Part shown: piece by piece, positions 7,964 to 16,560 of the stretch | Numbering within the stretch: position 1 is the first letter of the stretch | Layout: every line of letters starts with the position of its first letter | Origin: an uncultured Candidatus Saccharibacteria bacterium | GTDB taxonomy: Bacteria > Patescibacteriota > Minisyncoccia > Phycocordibacterales > Phycocordibacteraceae | Assembly: GCA_964546795.1 (NCBI GenBank) | Contig: CAZJKG010000004.1 | Span: forward strand, 18,994 to 82,993 | Length of the DNA: 64,000 nucleotides | Direction: 5' to 3' | Program-made: the position numbers and the translations under genes | The notes under the pieces: model-generated | Told to the model about the DNA's origin: nothing | Databases searched by the model: none | The model's input: only the letters and a program-made list of their open reading frames with translations

Positions 7964-10144
7964 GTGAATCCAGAAGATATTCTAGAGAAGCATTTTACGC
8001 GCCTGAAAACTGAGCAGAAACGGGCGTTGCATAAGCTTGGGATACGGACCGTGCGCGACCTGCTCTACCACTTTCCGGCCCGCTATGAATCGAGCGGATC
8101 GCTGGGAACAATAGCCGGGGTGGCGGCTGGAGCGGAAGTGACGCTCTACGGTACGGTAAGAAAGCCCGATATCAGGAAGACGTGGAAAAGCCGCCGGCCG
8201 ATAGCAGAGGCATGGCTTGAGGATGCCTCGGGGAAAATAAAGATGATGTGGTTCTCGCAGCCATACATCGCGAAGACACTGCATGACGGCATGCTTGTGA
8301 AAGTCAGCGGCCGAGTAGCGGGCCAAGGCGCAAAGGTATATCTCGCGAATCCAGCTATTGATAGGACACCTATTGATCCTGAGGAAGCGCATGATTCTCT
8401 CTTTCATCAGGGTCGAACCTTGCAACAAGGTTCGACCCTGGATTCAGCACTCTATCCCATCTATCCGGAGAGTCAGGGCGTCTCGTCGCTATGGTTATTG
8501 CATGCGGTCAGAAAGGTCTTTGAGACGGGGACACATGAACGCCTGGAAGATCCCATTCCGAAAGAAATCCTCATTCGCTACAAACTCCCTTCACTCTCTT
8601 CGGCTCTTGTATTCATACACGCGCCGCGGCGGCTCGCAGACAGCGCGGCGGCGCGCAAACGTTTCGCTTTTGAAGAAGTTTTTGCGCTCCAAGTCGTGAT
8701 GCAACAGCGCCGGCGCACTCTTGCAGCACAGAGCGCGCTTTCGGTCGCGGTGGACCGACAGGCGCTTGCGGACTTTGTCGCATCCTTCCCTTTCCCAGCG
8801 ACCGCCGCGCAGATGCGCGCGATAGAGGCCATCGTTGCCGACTTCAAGAAAACACATCCGATGCTCCGCCTCCTGGAGGGCGATGTGGGGAGCGGCAAGA
8901 CCGCAGTGGCGGCGGCGACCGCATATCTTGTCGCCACGTCGCTGCCGAAGGGCCGCATTGCCGGAACGCTCCAGGTCGCCTATCTAGTCCCTACCGAGAT
9001 TCTCGCCAAACAGCATTTCTCCACATTCGTTTCCTATTTTAAGGACCATCCCATCCCGATCGGCCTTATTACGGGAAGCGAGTGCCGGAAGTTCCCTTCC
9101 AGAGTCAGGTATGAGGAATCCGCAAAACTATCAAAGGCGGCATTCAAGAAAATGGTGGCGAACGGCGAGATTCCCATCGTTATCGGCACGCACGCGCTCA
9201 TTGAGAAATCGCTTTCATTCAAATATTTCGCTTATGCCATCATTGACGAACAGCACCGCTTCGGCACTATGCATCGGCAGAAACTCGCAACAAAAGGTGA
9301 GACAATGCCGCATCTCCTGTCCATGACGGCAACGCCAATTCCACGGACGCTTGCCCTCACTCTGTACGGCGATCTTGACCTCACTCTACTCGACGAAATG
9401 CCCTCGGGCAGAAAACCGGTTGCAACCCAAGTGCTTGGACCGAAAGAACGCGACATCGCGTACGAGCGCGTGCGCAAGGAGCTGGCCGCCGGTCACCAAG
9501 TATATGTCATCTGTCCGCGCATTGATGAACCTGATCCAGCGAAGGAACTTGCGCTCCAGGCCAAGTCGGTCAAGGCGGAGGCGGCACGGCTCTCGCGTGA
9601 GGTATTCAAGAACGCGACGATAGATATTCTGCACAGCAAGATGCGGCCGTCGGAGAAAGAAGAGGCGATGAAGAAATTCGAGAACAGGAAAATTGATATT
9701 CTCGTGGCGACATCCGTCGTTGAAGTTGGCGTCAATGTCCCGAATGCAACCGTTATCCTAATAGAAGGTGCCGAACGCTTCGGACTCGCGCAACTCCACC
9801 AATTGCGCGGCCGAGTGCTGCGCTCCACGCATCAGTCCTATTGTTTCGCACTGCCCGAATCATTCGGCACCGCGACCAGAGAACGCATGAAAGCCCTTTC
9901 CTCGGCGAAAAATGGGTTTGAACTCGCCGAGTATGATCTCGCATTGCGCGGCGCCGGAGAGCTCGCGGGCGGCAAGCAATGGGGTATTTCGGACATAGCA
10001 ATGGAAGCGCTGAAAAACATCAAGTTGGTGGAGGCGGCGCGTGCAGAGGCGGCGCGCCTTGTTGCTCTCGACCCTGCGTTAAAAAACCATCCCGCACTTT
10101 CTCTGCGCGCTCTCACGGCCGACCGCGAGATGCATTTGGAGTAG
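7964..10144 (+). CDS. recG: ATP-dependent DNA helicase RecG
   Basis: GDVGSGKT, DEQHRFG, MTATPIPRTL, QLHQLRGRV; GTG start 6 nt after TATACT. Confidence 0.95.
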   Translation: MNPEDILEKHFTRLKTEQKRALHKLGIRTVRDLLYHFPARYESSGSLGTIAGVAAGAEVTLYGTVRKPDIRKTWKSRRPIAEAWLEDASGKIKMMWFSQPYIAKTLHDGMLVKVSGRVAGQGAKVYLANPAIDRTPIDPEEAHDSLFHQGRTLQQGSTLDSALYPIYPESQGVSSLWLLHAVRKVFETGTHERLEDPIPKEILIRYKLPSLSSALVFIHAPRRLADSAAARKRFAFEEVFALQVVMQQRRRTLAAQSALSVAVDRQALADFVASFPFPATAAQMRAIEAIVADFKKTHPMLRLLEGDVGSGKTAVAAATAYLVATSLPKGRIAGTLQVAYLVPTEILAKQHFSTFVSYFKDHPIPIGLITGSECRKFPSRVRYEESAKLSKAAFKKMVANGEIPIVIGTHALIEKSLSFKYFAYAIIDEQHRFGTMHRQKLATKGETMPHLLSMTATPIPRTLALTLYGDLDLTLLDEMPSGRKPVATQVLGPKERDIAYERVRKELAAGHQVYVICPRIDEPDPAKELALQAKSVKAEAARLSREVFKNATIDILHSKMRPSEKEEAMKKFENRKIDILVATSVVEVGVNVPNATVILIEGAERFGLAQLHQLRGRVLRSTHQSYCFALPESFGTATRERMKALSSAKNGFELAEYDLALRGAGELAGGKQWGISDIAMEALKNIKLVEAARAEAARLVALDPALKNHPALSLRALTADREMHLE
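8408..8440. repeat. Perfect 15-bp-stem palindrome inside recG
   Basis: CAGGGTCGAACCTTG-CAA-CAAGGTTCGACCCTG, 33 nt, encodes QGRTLQQGSTL. Confidence 0.8.
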
Positions 10145-10167
10145 CGGTGCGTTACAGTACAGATACA

Positions 10168-10241
10168 CCGCCCCTAGCTCAGCTGGTTAGAGCATCGAGC
10201 TTATACCTCGAGGGTCCTTGGTTCGAGTCCAAGGGGGCGGA
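10168..10241 (+). tRNA. tRNA-Ile(TAT)
   Basis: CCGCCCC/GGGGCGG acceptor; TCGAG-CTTATAC-CTCGA anticodon arm; GGTTCGAGTCC. Confidence 0.92.
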
Positions 10242-10250
10242 CAAAACAAG

Positions 10251-12227
10251 TTATGCGATATCGCCTGCCTCCGCGGACAGGCCTGAACCGAGTGGCGCGA
10301 TGACGATTCCCTCTTCCTCGCGTTTTTTTGGCGTGATACCGTTGGCAATGAGTATCTTCTCAAATTCGGCGCGTTCAATAGTTTCCTTCTCGATGAGCTC
10401 CTTTGCGATGGCATCGAGCGCGCCGCGATGCTCGGTGATGACTATCTTCGCACGCGCTTTTGCCTCCTCAATGATACGCGCCACCTCGGCGTCTATCTCA
10501 GCCGCGACACGCTCGGAGTATGGCTCGTTACCGAGCTGTCGTTCGCCGAAAGCGATGGGTCCCATTTTCTCGCTCATGCCGTAGCGCACGACCATGTCGC
10601 GTGCGAGCGCCGTGATGACCATGAGATCATTACTCGGCCCCGTGGTTACGTCGTCAAAAAGCATTTCTTCCGCGACGTAGCCGCCGAGCGTCGCGGCGAT
10701 ATCGTCAAGGAATTGTTTTTTGGAATGCATCTTCCTGTCCTCAAAAGGAAGCTTCAATGTGTAGCCGGCAGCGCGCCCGCGACTGATGATGGAAATCTTA
10801 TGCACCGGATCGGCGTTCGGGAGCACCGAAGAAACGAGTGCATGTCCGGCCTCGTGATATGACGTGAGTTCTTTTTCCTTCTTGGAGAGCAGGTGGCTTT
10901 TGCGTTCCGGGCCGAGCATCACTTTTTCTATGGAGCGGATGAGGTCGTACTGTGTCACTTCGGTCCTGTTCTCCCGCGCTGCAAGAATAGCCCCTTCATT
11001 CATAAGCGAGTAGAGCTCGGCTCCTGAGAAACCGGGCGTGCGCTCGGCGATGACCGACAACGTTACATCCGGTCCCAAGGGCTTCTTGCGCGCATGTATC
11101 TGCAGTATCTCCTCGCGATCCTTCCTGTCCGGAAGGTCAATGGTAACGCGCCTATCAAAACGCCCCGGGCGCAACAATGCCGGATCAAGGACGTCGGGCC
11201 TATTGGTCGCTGCCATGACCACCACCTTTTCGGTTGGCTCGAAACCGTCCATTTCAACGAGTATCTGATTGAGTGTTTGTTCGCGCTCGTCATTGCCGCC
11301 ACCGACTCCCGCGCCGCGCACGCGCCCGACCGCGTCTATCTCGTCCACAAAAATGATGGCCGGGGCGGCTTTCTTCGCCAATTGAAAGAGATCGCGCACT
11401 CTTGAAGCCCCGACGCCGACAAACATCTCCACAAACTCGGAACCCGATATGGAGAAAAACGGTACGCCTGCTTCGCCGGCGACCGCGCGCGCCAAGAGCG
11501 TCTTGCCCGTACCTGGCGCGCCCATGAGGATGATACCTTTCGGGATGCGCGCGCCTATATCCAAAAATTTCTTCGGGCTCTTGAGGAAGTCCACGATCTC
11601 CAGAAGTTCTTCTTTCGCTTCGCGTGCGCCCGCGACATCCGCGAAGGTAACCCGCTGCGAAGAGTCGGCGGGGTCAATGACGCGCGCTTTTGATTGTCCG
11701 AAGCTGAAGGCCTGCATGCCCGCCCCCTTGACTTGTCGTGAGAGAAACCAAAAGAGAAACGCAATAAAAATAAGTGGCAGAAGAACCGGCGCAAGTGTGA
11801 GGAACCAGAATTGGAATCCCGATTGTCCTTGTATCGTGATGGACACTTTGGAAAGTTCCCCGGGCGTGACACCGTACGTCGCAAGCGTCTCCGGAAGACC
11901 GGCGGAAGGGTCCTTGCGTGACGTTTTATTGGAATCGTCGATGTAGACAAGTTTGAGTGAATCCCCGTTCACAATAATCGAACTTACTTTCCCCGCCGCG
12001 ACATCCGCCGCGACGACCGAGAGCGGAACATCGCTTGTCGGCTCCGTAAAACTCGCTATGAGCGAATACACGCTCATGAGGAGAAGGAAAATAAGAACCG
12101 TGGTTGTGAGATTGCCGAAAAACGAAGGGCCGCCCAAAAACGAGCGCCAGCCACGGCGTGCATTCCCTTTCAAATGAGAAGGGGGTGTCGCGCTCTGTTT
12201 CTGTTTCTTTGCCAGTACAAAAGACAT
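10251..12227 (-). CDS. ftsH: ATP-dependent zinc metalloprotease FtsH
   Basis: Two TMs, [29 protein letters not shown]. Confidence 0.97.
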   Translation of the reverse strand: MSFVLAKKQKQSATPPSHLKGNARRGWRSFLGGPSFFGNLTTTVLIFLLLMSVYSLIASFTEPTSDVPLSVVAADVAAGKVSSIIVNGDSLKLVYIDDSNKTSRKDPSAGLPETLATYGVTPGELSKVSITIQGQSGFQFWFLTLAPVLLPLIFIAFLFWFLSRQVKGAGMQAFSFGQSKARVIDPADSSQRVTFADVAGAREAKEELLEIVDFLKSPKKFLDIGARIPKGIILMGAPGTGKTLLARAVAGEAGVPFFSISGSEFVEMFVGVGASRVRDLFQLAKKAAPAIIFVDEIDAVGRVRGAGVGGGNDEREQTLNQILVEMDGFEPTEKVVVMAATNRPDVLDPALLRPGRFDRRVTIDLPDRKDREEILQIHARKKPLGPDVTLSVIAERTPGFSGAELYSLMNEGAILAARENRTEVTQYDLIRSIEKVMLGPERKSHLLSKKEKELTSYHEAGHALVSSVLPNADPVHKISIISRGRAAGYTLKLPFEDRKMHSKKQFLDDIAATLGGYVAEEMLFDDVTTGPSNDLMVITALARDMVVRYGMSEKMGPIAFGERQLGNEPYSERVAAEIDAEVARIIEEAKARAKIVITEHRGALDAIAKELIEKETIERAEFEKILIANGITPKKREEEGIVIAPLGSGLSAEAGDIA

Positions 12228-12283
12228 GTGAAGGAGTATACAGAAAAACGCCCGATTTTCCTATTTTTCGCTATACTCACGCT

Positions 12284-12727
12284 ATGACGCTTGTGAAAAA
12301 CAAAAAAGCTCATCTGAAATATGCGCCGCTTGAGAGTTTCTCGGCGGGTCTTGAACTTCTTGGTTCAGAAGTGAAGTCGCTGCGAAATAAGAACGGGTCG
12401 CTTGATGGCGCGCGCGTGGTGGTGCGCGGTGGCGAGGCGTTTCTCGTCGGCATGACGATTCCGCCGTATCAGACGGCGAATATGCCGAAGAGTTACGACC
12501 CAGAACGGTCGCGACGTCTCCTTTTGACAAAGAAAGAAATAGCCACACTCGCCCTCGCCGAGTCCAAGAAGGGATTGACAATTATCCCACTTGAGGTATA
12601 TACTGCGGGTAGATTCGTGAAGGTGCGCATCGCCATCGCTCGCGGTAAAGGTAAGTCCGACAAACGCGAGGACTTGAAGAAGCGTGATGCGCTACGCGAA
12701 ACAGGGCGCGTCTTAAAAAATCGTTAA
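12284..12727 (+). CDS. smpB: SsrA-binding protein SmpB
   Basis: NKKA, AGLELLGSEVKSLR, R..LLL.KKEI, RGKGKSDKRE; directly upstream of tmRNA. Confidence 0.95.
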   Translation: MTLVKNKKAHLKYAPLESFSAGLELLGSEVKSLRNKNGSLDGARVVVRGGEAFLVGMTIPPYQTANMPKSYDPERSRRLLLTKKEIATLALAESKKGLTIIPLEVYTAGRFVKVRIAIARGKGKSDKREDLKKRDALRETGRVLKNR

Positions 12728-12780
12728 GAACGAAACGTTGATCAGTCGCAGAAAGTACACGATGGTATCATGTGTTTTCT

Positions 12781-13202
12781 GGGGGTGACCGGCTTTGACG
12801 GTCTGTACCTTGAAAGACGTGCGACGCAGTGCACTCCCGTCATCACTTAAAAACGCGGGAAAACAAACTTGCCAAGAACACTCTTGCAAGCGCAATGAAG
12901 TCGCCTTACTTCGGTAAGGTTGGCGACATCGCGTTCGCCTACGCGACGGCTCGCGGCTAACGCCCGACGCCCTCGCCCAGCGCGACGTTCATCCTCTCGA
13001 GTTCCCGCAGTCGGAGGCATGGGCGGAATTATCTGCGTGATCGTCCCTCGCGTTCCCACGCGTTGGGATTAAATAAGGGATCGAGCAGGAATGGTTTCGT
13101 CTGCGTTCCTCGCATCCTGTTTTAGACACTAACGCTGACTATGCGTCGTAGAAGCGCTTTCATAGACGGATTCGGACCGGAGTTCAACTCTCCGCACCTC
13201 CA
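12781..13202 (+). ncRNA. ssrA: tmRNA
   Basis: 5' GGGGGTG pairs with 3' CACCTCC-A (G3.U70), T-arm GAGTTCAACTC, probable tag ORF 12871-12960, follows smpB. Confidence 0.92.
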
Positions 13203-13279
13203 CAAAATAACGAGTCCTTCCGAGGACGACTATATTTTGTGAGAATCCCGAGCGTACTCGCGAGGGGCTCCACAACAAA

Positions 13280-13311
13280 CATAAAACCTGCTCGGCTGAG
13301 CAGGTTTTATG
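13280..13311. terminator. Probable bidirectional intrinsic terminator
   Basis: CATAAAACCTGCTC-GGCT-GAGCAGGTTTTATG between ssrA and a convergent small ORF. Confidence 0.7.
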
Positions 13312-13333
13312 GGGAACTATATACAAAGCTACC

Positions 13334-13519
13334 CTAGCGTTTAGAGGCATTTTTCTCGATTAAATATTGGTTTATTTGTTCTAGTTGAGCGACCTTATCC
13401 TCTAACTCACGAATGCGCTTCTTCCCAAACAAGTTGCTTATAGTGTCGCCAATATCGTCTAATAGCTTTAGTAGTAGAGCCACTGGATATAAAAAGATAA
13501 AAGCCAAAAACTTTTTCAT
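13334..13519 (-). CDS. Small hypothetical membrane/coiled-coil protein
   Basis: MKKFLAFIFLYP hydrophobic start then RIRELEDKVAQLEQ; AT-rich. Confidence 0.5.
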   Translation of the reverse strand: MKKFLAFIFLYPVALLLKLLDDIGDTISNLFGKKRIRELEDKVAQLEQINQYLIEKNASKR

Positions 13520-13521
13520 AT

Positions 13522-13638
13522 TTACCAAAAATGCCACAGAGCAATAAGACCGAGGACGACGAGACCGCCTGCCGAGGCGACCAAGATATTGATGTTGCTC
13601 TGTATTTCTTTCAGTTGTTCAAGTATGCGTTGTTCCAT
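13522..13638 (-). CDS. 38-aa single-TM microprotein (below ORF-track cutoff)
   Basis: MEQRILEQLKEIQSNINILVASAGGLVVLGLIALWHFW*; stop lies 2 nt before the next ATG. Confidence 0.5.
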   Translation of the reverse strand: MEQRILEQLKEIQSNINILVASAGGLVVLGLIALWHFW

Positions 13639-13718
13639 ACCCACATTCTACCGTACCCTATCGGTTATCCACACATCAGAATATCCCCTTGACAGGTCAG
13701 TAAGGTGTATAATGCGCA

Positions 13719-14085
13719 TAGGTAATTGCCTCACGTTTGGCGACATGAGGCGGGCGGCGAAAGCCACGGAAGTCCGTAGAGGGTGGTCTTGCGAGGAGCG
13801 AAAGCTCCGCAAGCCAAACTGCGGGAGCTTTCAAACGGGGAAACCCAAACTTGAAATCCCTCCTGCAAGGCCGCCCCCTGCGGATTTTTCATTGCCTAAT
13901 AAACGAACCGCCCCCAAAGTGGGGGCAGTAGCGCGACTAGTAGGGGCCAGTCAAGACCAAAACGTGGTGAGGGTCGGGAGACATACCCGATATTAAACCT
14001 TACAAGTGTCTGGAAGCTTCTAGACTTCAACAACTCTGCAGAGTAAATCTAGCGTGTCTAGTGCCTCTTCGTTGTGAGCGATTAT
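13719..14085 (+). ncRNA. Unidentified highly structured RNA (candidate)
   Basis: Long-range helices with G.U pairs on + strand (13719-13726/13891-13898; 13769-13792/13865-13889), three GAAA-capped hairpins, TATAAT at 13708-13713. Confidence 0.6.
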
Positions 14086-14170
14086 GTGCTGGTGGCGGAA
14101 GCGGTATACGCATCTACTTTGTGAGTAGGTATCCTGCGCGGATGTGCGGGTTCAAGTCCCGTCCAGTACA
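14086..14170 (+). tRNA. Atypical type II tRNA: Leu-like body, anticodon TGT
   Basis: GTGCTGG/CCAGTAC-A acceptor, GGCGGAAGCGGTATACGC D-arm, TCTAC-TTTGTGA-GTAGG, variable stem ATCC/GGAT, GCGGG-TTCAAGT-CCCGT. Confidence 0.75.
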
Positions 14171-14464
14171 CATCATTACAGCAGAGTAGTGGCGAGTTTC
14201 CTATTAAAATCTACCCTGTAGGGAAAGTATACCCCACCCGTTGAGCGTTATCCACATCCTTACCCGAGGGATTAAGATAGACCTATGAACAACTTCAAGA
14301 ACCTAGCCGACTTTAATAGAGGGGTGTGGACAACGTGTGGTAAGTCGTATACACTATCTGTATATTAATAACTAGGAAGTTGTGAATTTTTGCGGGAGTG
14401 AAAAATTGCAGAAAGGCTCTACTGCGGGGTGTAATTAGGCTAGCGCGAGCTAGAATCGAAAGCA

Positions 14465-14932
14465 CTACGATGAAGGAGTGCCGCCCTTCCACTCCCACAA
14501 AAGTTCGTAACTCTTTAGATAGTTTTCGTCCGTTCTGAAGAAAGTAACTACTTCACAAACAGGAGGCTGGTCGTCTTTAATTGTGGTCTCCAGAGAGCAT
14601 AGGCATTTATAATTATTTATCTCCTTCACAAAACAGTAAGCTCCTCGTTTCCCATCTTTATTCTTGTACACCTTGTCTGGGTACTTCAGGATAACGTGAA
14701 GATTTGCAACCCAAAAGTCAAACTCTTCGGCAGTGCGCTTATCGTAAATATGTTTGATAACGCGCGTATTTAGATAGACTTTATTGCACGAAGCATCAAT
14801 GCCTTTTACCACAGCAACAGTGAAGTGACATATAAATATCTGTACAAACTGAACGATTGCCTTCTTAGGCGTTCCGCGCACATATTTCTTGTATAGTTGG
14901 GCGAACATCGTCTGATTATTACACTTATTCAT
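14465..14932 (-). CDS. Putative BECR-fold (RelE/colicin D-like, PBECR-type) ribonuclease
   Basis: IKHIYDKR...ILKYPDKVY...FVKEI...VVTFFR pattern typical of PBECR/MuF-C-like domains; AT-rich. Confidence 0.5.
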   Translation of the reverse strand: MNKCNNQTMFAQLYKKYVRGTPKKAIVQFVQIFICHFTVAVVKGIDASCNKVYLNTRVIKHIYDKRTAEEFDFWVANLHVILKYPDKVYKNKDGKRGAYCFVKEINNYKCLCSLETTIKDDQPPVCEVVTFFRTDENYLKSYELLWEWKGGTPSS

Positions 14933-15080
14933 AAAAAGGAAATGCTCACAATCATAGGGTAACGTTGTATATAGTTCCCGTTTTATGTTTGTTGACTTCC
15001 CTACTGTTTTTACGTAGTGTGACCGCGGAACGGAAGGATTCACCGACCGTCGCTCATTACAAAAACAAGGAGGGTATCCA

Positions 15081-15794
15081 ATGCCAAGCAGAATCTGTCT
15101 GGCTCTCGATTGTCCAACGACTGCGCAAGCTTATCGCCTCACCAGAGCGCTCGGTAAACGATGCTATGCGGTCAAAATCCACAGTTTGTTCGACGCCGAG
15201 GGAGGACGACGTATTGTCGGCACATTATTGAATGCTGGCGCTAAACGAGTGTGGGTTGATGCGAAACTCCATGACACTCCGAAAGCGGCGGCTAAACGCG
15301 CAGCAGCAATCGCTTGTTATGGCGCTCATATCATCTCGGTACATGCAAGCGGCGATGTTCCGATGATGAAAGCGGTTGTGGACCGGCTTAACACGACTTT
15401 TGGATCGGGCGCTGTGTCGGTGTGGGCGATCACTCTTCTGACGTCACTTGAGTCGCGGGGAATTGCTCGTATCTACGGCAGGGGACGGACGCCACAAGAG
15501 ATCGTGACCGAACTCGCCCTGATGGCGAAGGAGGCCGGATTAAAATGTGTCGTTTGTTCACCATGGGAGGTCAAACTACTTTCCAAGCATCCGAACCTCC
15601 AAGGGTTGGAGTTGGTGACGCCCGCTGTCCGTTCTGAGAAAGTGAATGCTGGCGATCACAAGCGGTTCAGCACTCCAAAGAAAGCCATCGACAGTGGCGC
15701 GAACCTCATTGTCGTCGGCGAAGAAGTGACCGAGGCAGAAGATCCGGTGGCGGCATTCAACGCCATTGAGAAAGAAATTGCTGACATCTCATAA
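15081..15794 (+). CDS. pyrF: Orotidine-5'-phosphate decarboxylase
   Basis: LALD, VK, DAKLHDTP, SVHASG, TLLTS, LVTPAVR. Confidence 0.88.
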   Translation: MPSRICLALDCPTTAQAYRLTRALGKRCYAVKIHSLFDAEGGRRIVGTLLNAGAKRVWVDAKLHDTPKAAAKRAAAIACYGAHIISVHASGDVPMMKAVVDRLNTTFGSGAVSVWAITLLTSLESRGIARIYGRGRTPQEIVTELALMAKEAGLKCVVCSPWEVKLLSKHPNLQGLELVTPAVRSEKVNAGDHKRFSTPKKAIDSGANLIVVGEEVTEAEDPVAAFNAIEKEIADIS

Positions 15795-15816
15795 TCAACG
15801 CTGATGGGAGGAAACC

Positions 15817-16494
15817 ATGCTACGCAAAAATACTCCGGGCCAAGAATTCCTTCAATGTGCACTGCGCACCGGCGCGCTTGAGTTCATCCCGGAGGGACGG
15901 AAACTGGAGAGCGGTCGACTGTCGCCCTACTTCTTCAACTCCGGAAAATTCGATAGCGGTAGAACGATGTTGCAGCTGGTCTCTGCATACGCCAAAGTCA
16001 TTCGTGCGAATATCGGCACCGGACTCGAATTTGACCTTCTGTACGGCCCGCCATACAAAGGGACGATCCTTGTTCCCGCCATCGCCATAAAGCTCGAAAC
16101 CATCGGCTGCGGCAATATCCGTTTCTGCACAAGCCGCAAGGAGGCCAAGGATCATGGCGAGGGAGGTTCCCTCATCGGAGCTCCAATAAAAGACACGAGC
16201 CGTGTTCTTATCATTGACGATGTCATTACTGATGGAGGAACGAAACGAGAAGCCGTAGAGTTCATCCGCCAGCAAGGCGGTGAACCCGTCGGTCTCATCA
16301 TAGCTTTCGACCGGCAGGAACGGGGGACGGGAAAACTTTCAGCCGTTCAGGAGTTCGAACGGAAATACAACATTCCTGTGTACGCCATTGCGACGTTGGC
16401 TGACCTGATGTCATTTACGCTCGGTATAGACAACAAGGACATGCCGAATCTCAGGAAGATCATCGACTATAAAGAGAGGTACGGGGTGTTGTGA
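15817..16494 (+). CDS. pyrE: Orotate phosphoribosyltransferase
   Basis: SGRLSPYFFN, GPPYKG, RKEAKDHGEGG, IIDDVITDG. Confidence 0.95.
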   Translation: MLRKNTPGQEFLQCALRTGALEFIPEGRKLESGRLSPYFFNSGKFDSGRTMLQLVSAYAKVIRANIGTGLEFDLLYGPPYKGTILVPAIAIKLETIGCGNIRFCTSRKEAKDHGEGGSLIGAPIKDTSRVLIIDDVITDGGTKREAVEFIRQQGGEPVGLIIAFDRQERGTGKLSAVQEFERKYNIPVYAIATLADLMSFTLGIDNKDMPNLRKIIDYKERYGVL

Positions 16495-16521
16495 TGCTTC
16501 GGCCTCAAAAGCAAATGGGAC

Positions 16522-16560
16522 GAAAAGGGGCTGCGACCTGCAAGGTTGCAGCCCTTCTTT
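16522..16560. terminator. Probable bidirectional terminator
   Basis: AAAAGGGGCTGCGACCT-GCA-AGGTTGCAGCCCTTCTTT between convergent genes. Confidence 0.65.

Noticed and set aside
13719-14085. Assignment of the structured RNA as RNase P, SRP or 6S RNA
   Set aside because: No GAGGAAAGUCC plus matching 3' P4 strand, no SRP helix-8 CAGG/AGCAG loop, and more branched than a 6S rod; left unassigned pending Rfam search
13665-14345. Replication origin (TTATCCACA at 13665 and 14248, near-matches around 14325)
   Set aside because: Few, widely spaced boxes, no dnaA/dnaN nearby, no clear unwinding element; similar motifs occur elsewhere in the window
13180-15080. attL/attR duplication of the tmRNA 3' end defining an integrated element
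   Set aside because: Only a loose match near 14488-14502 and no integrase in the window
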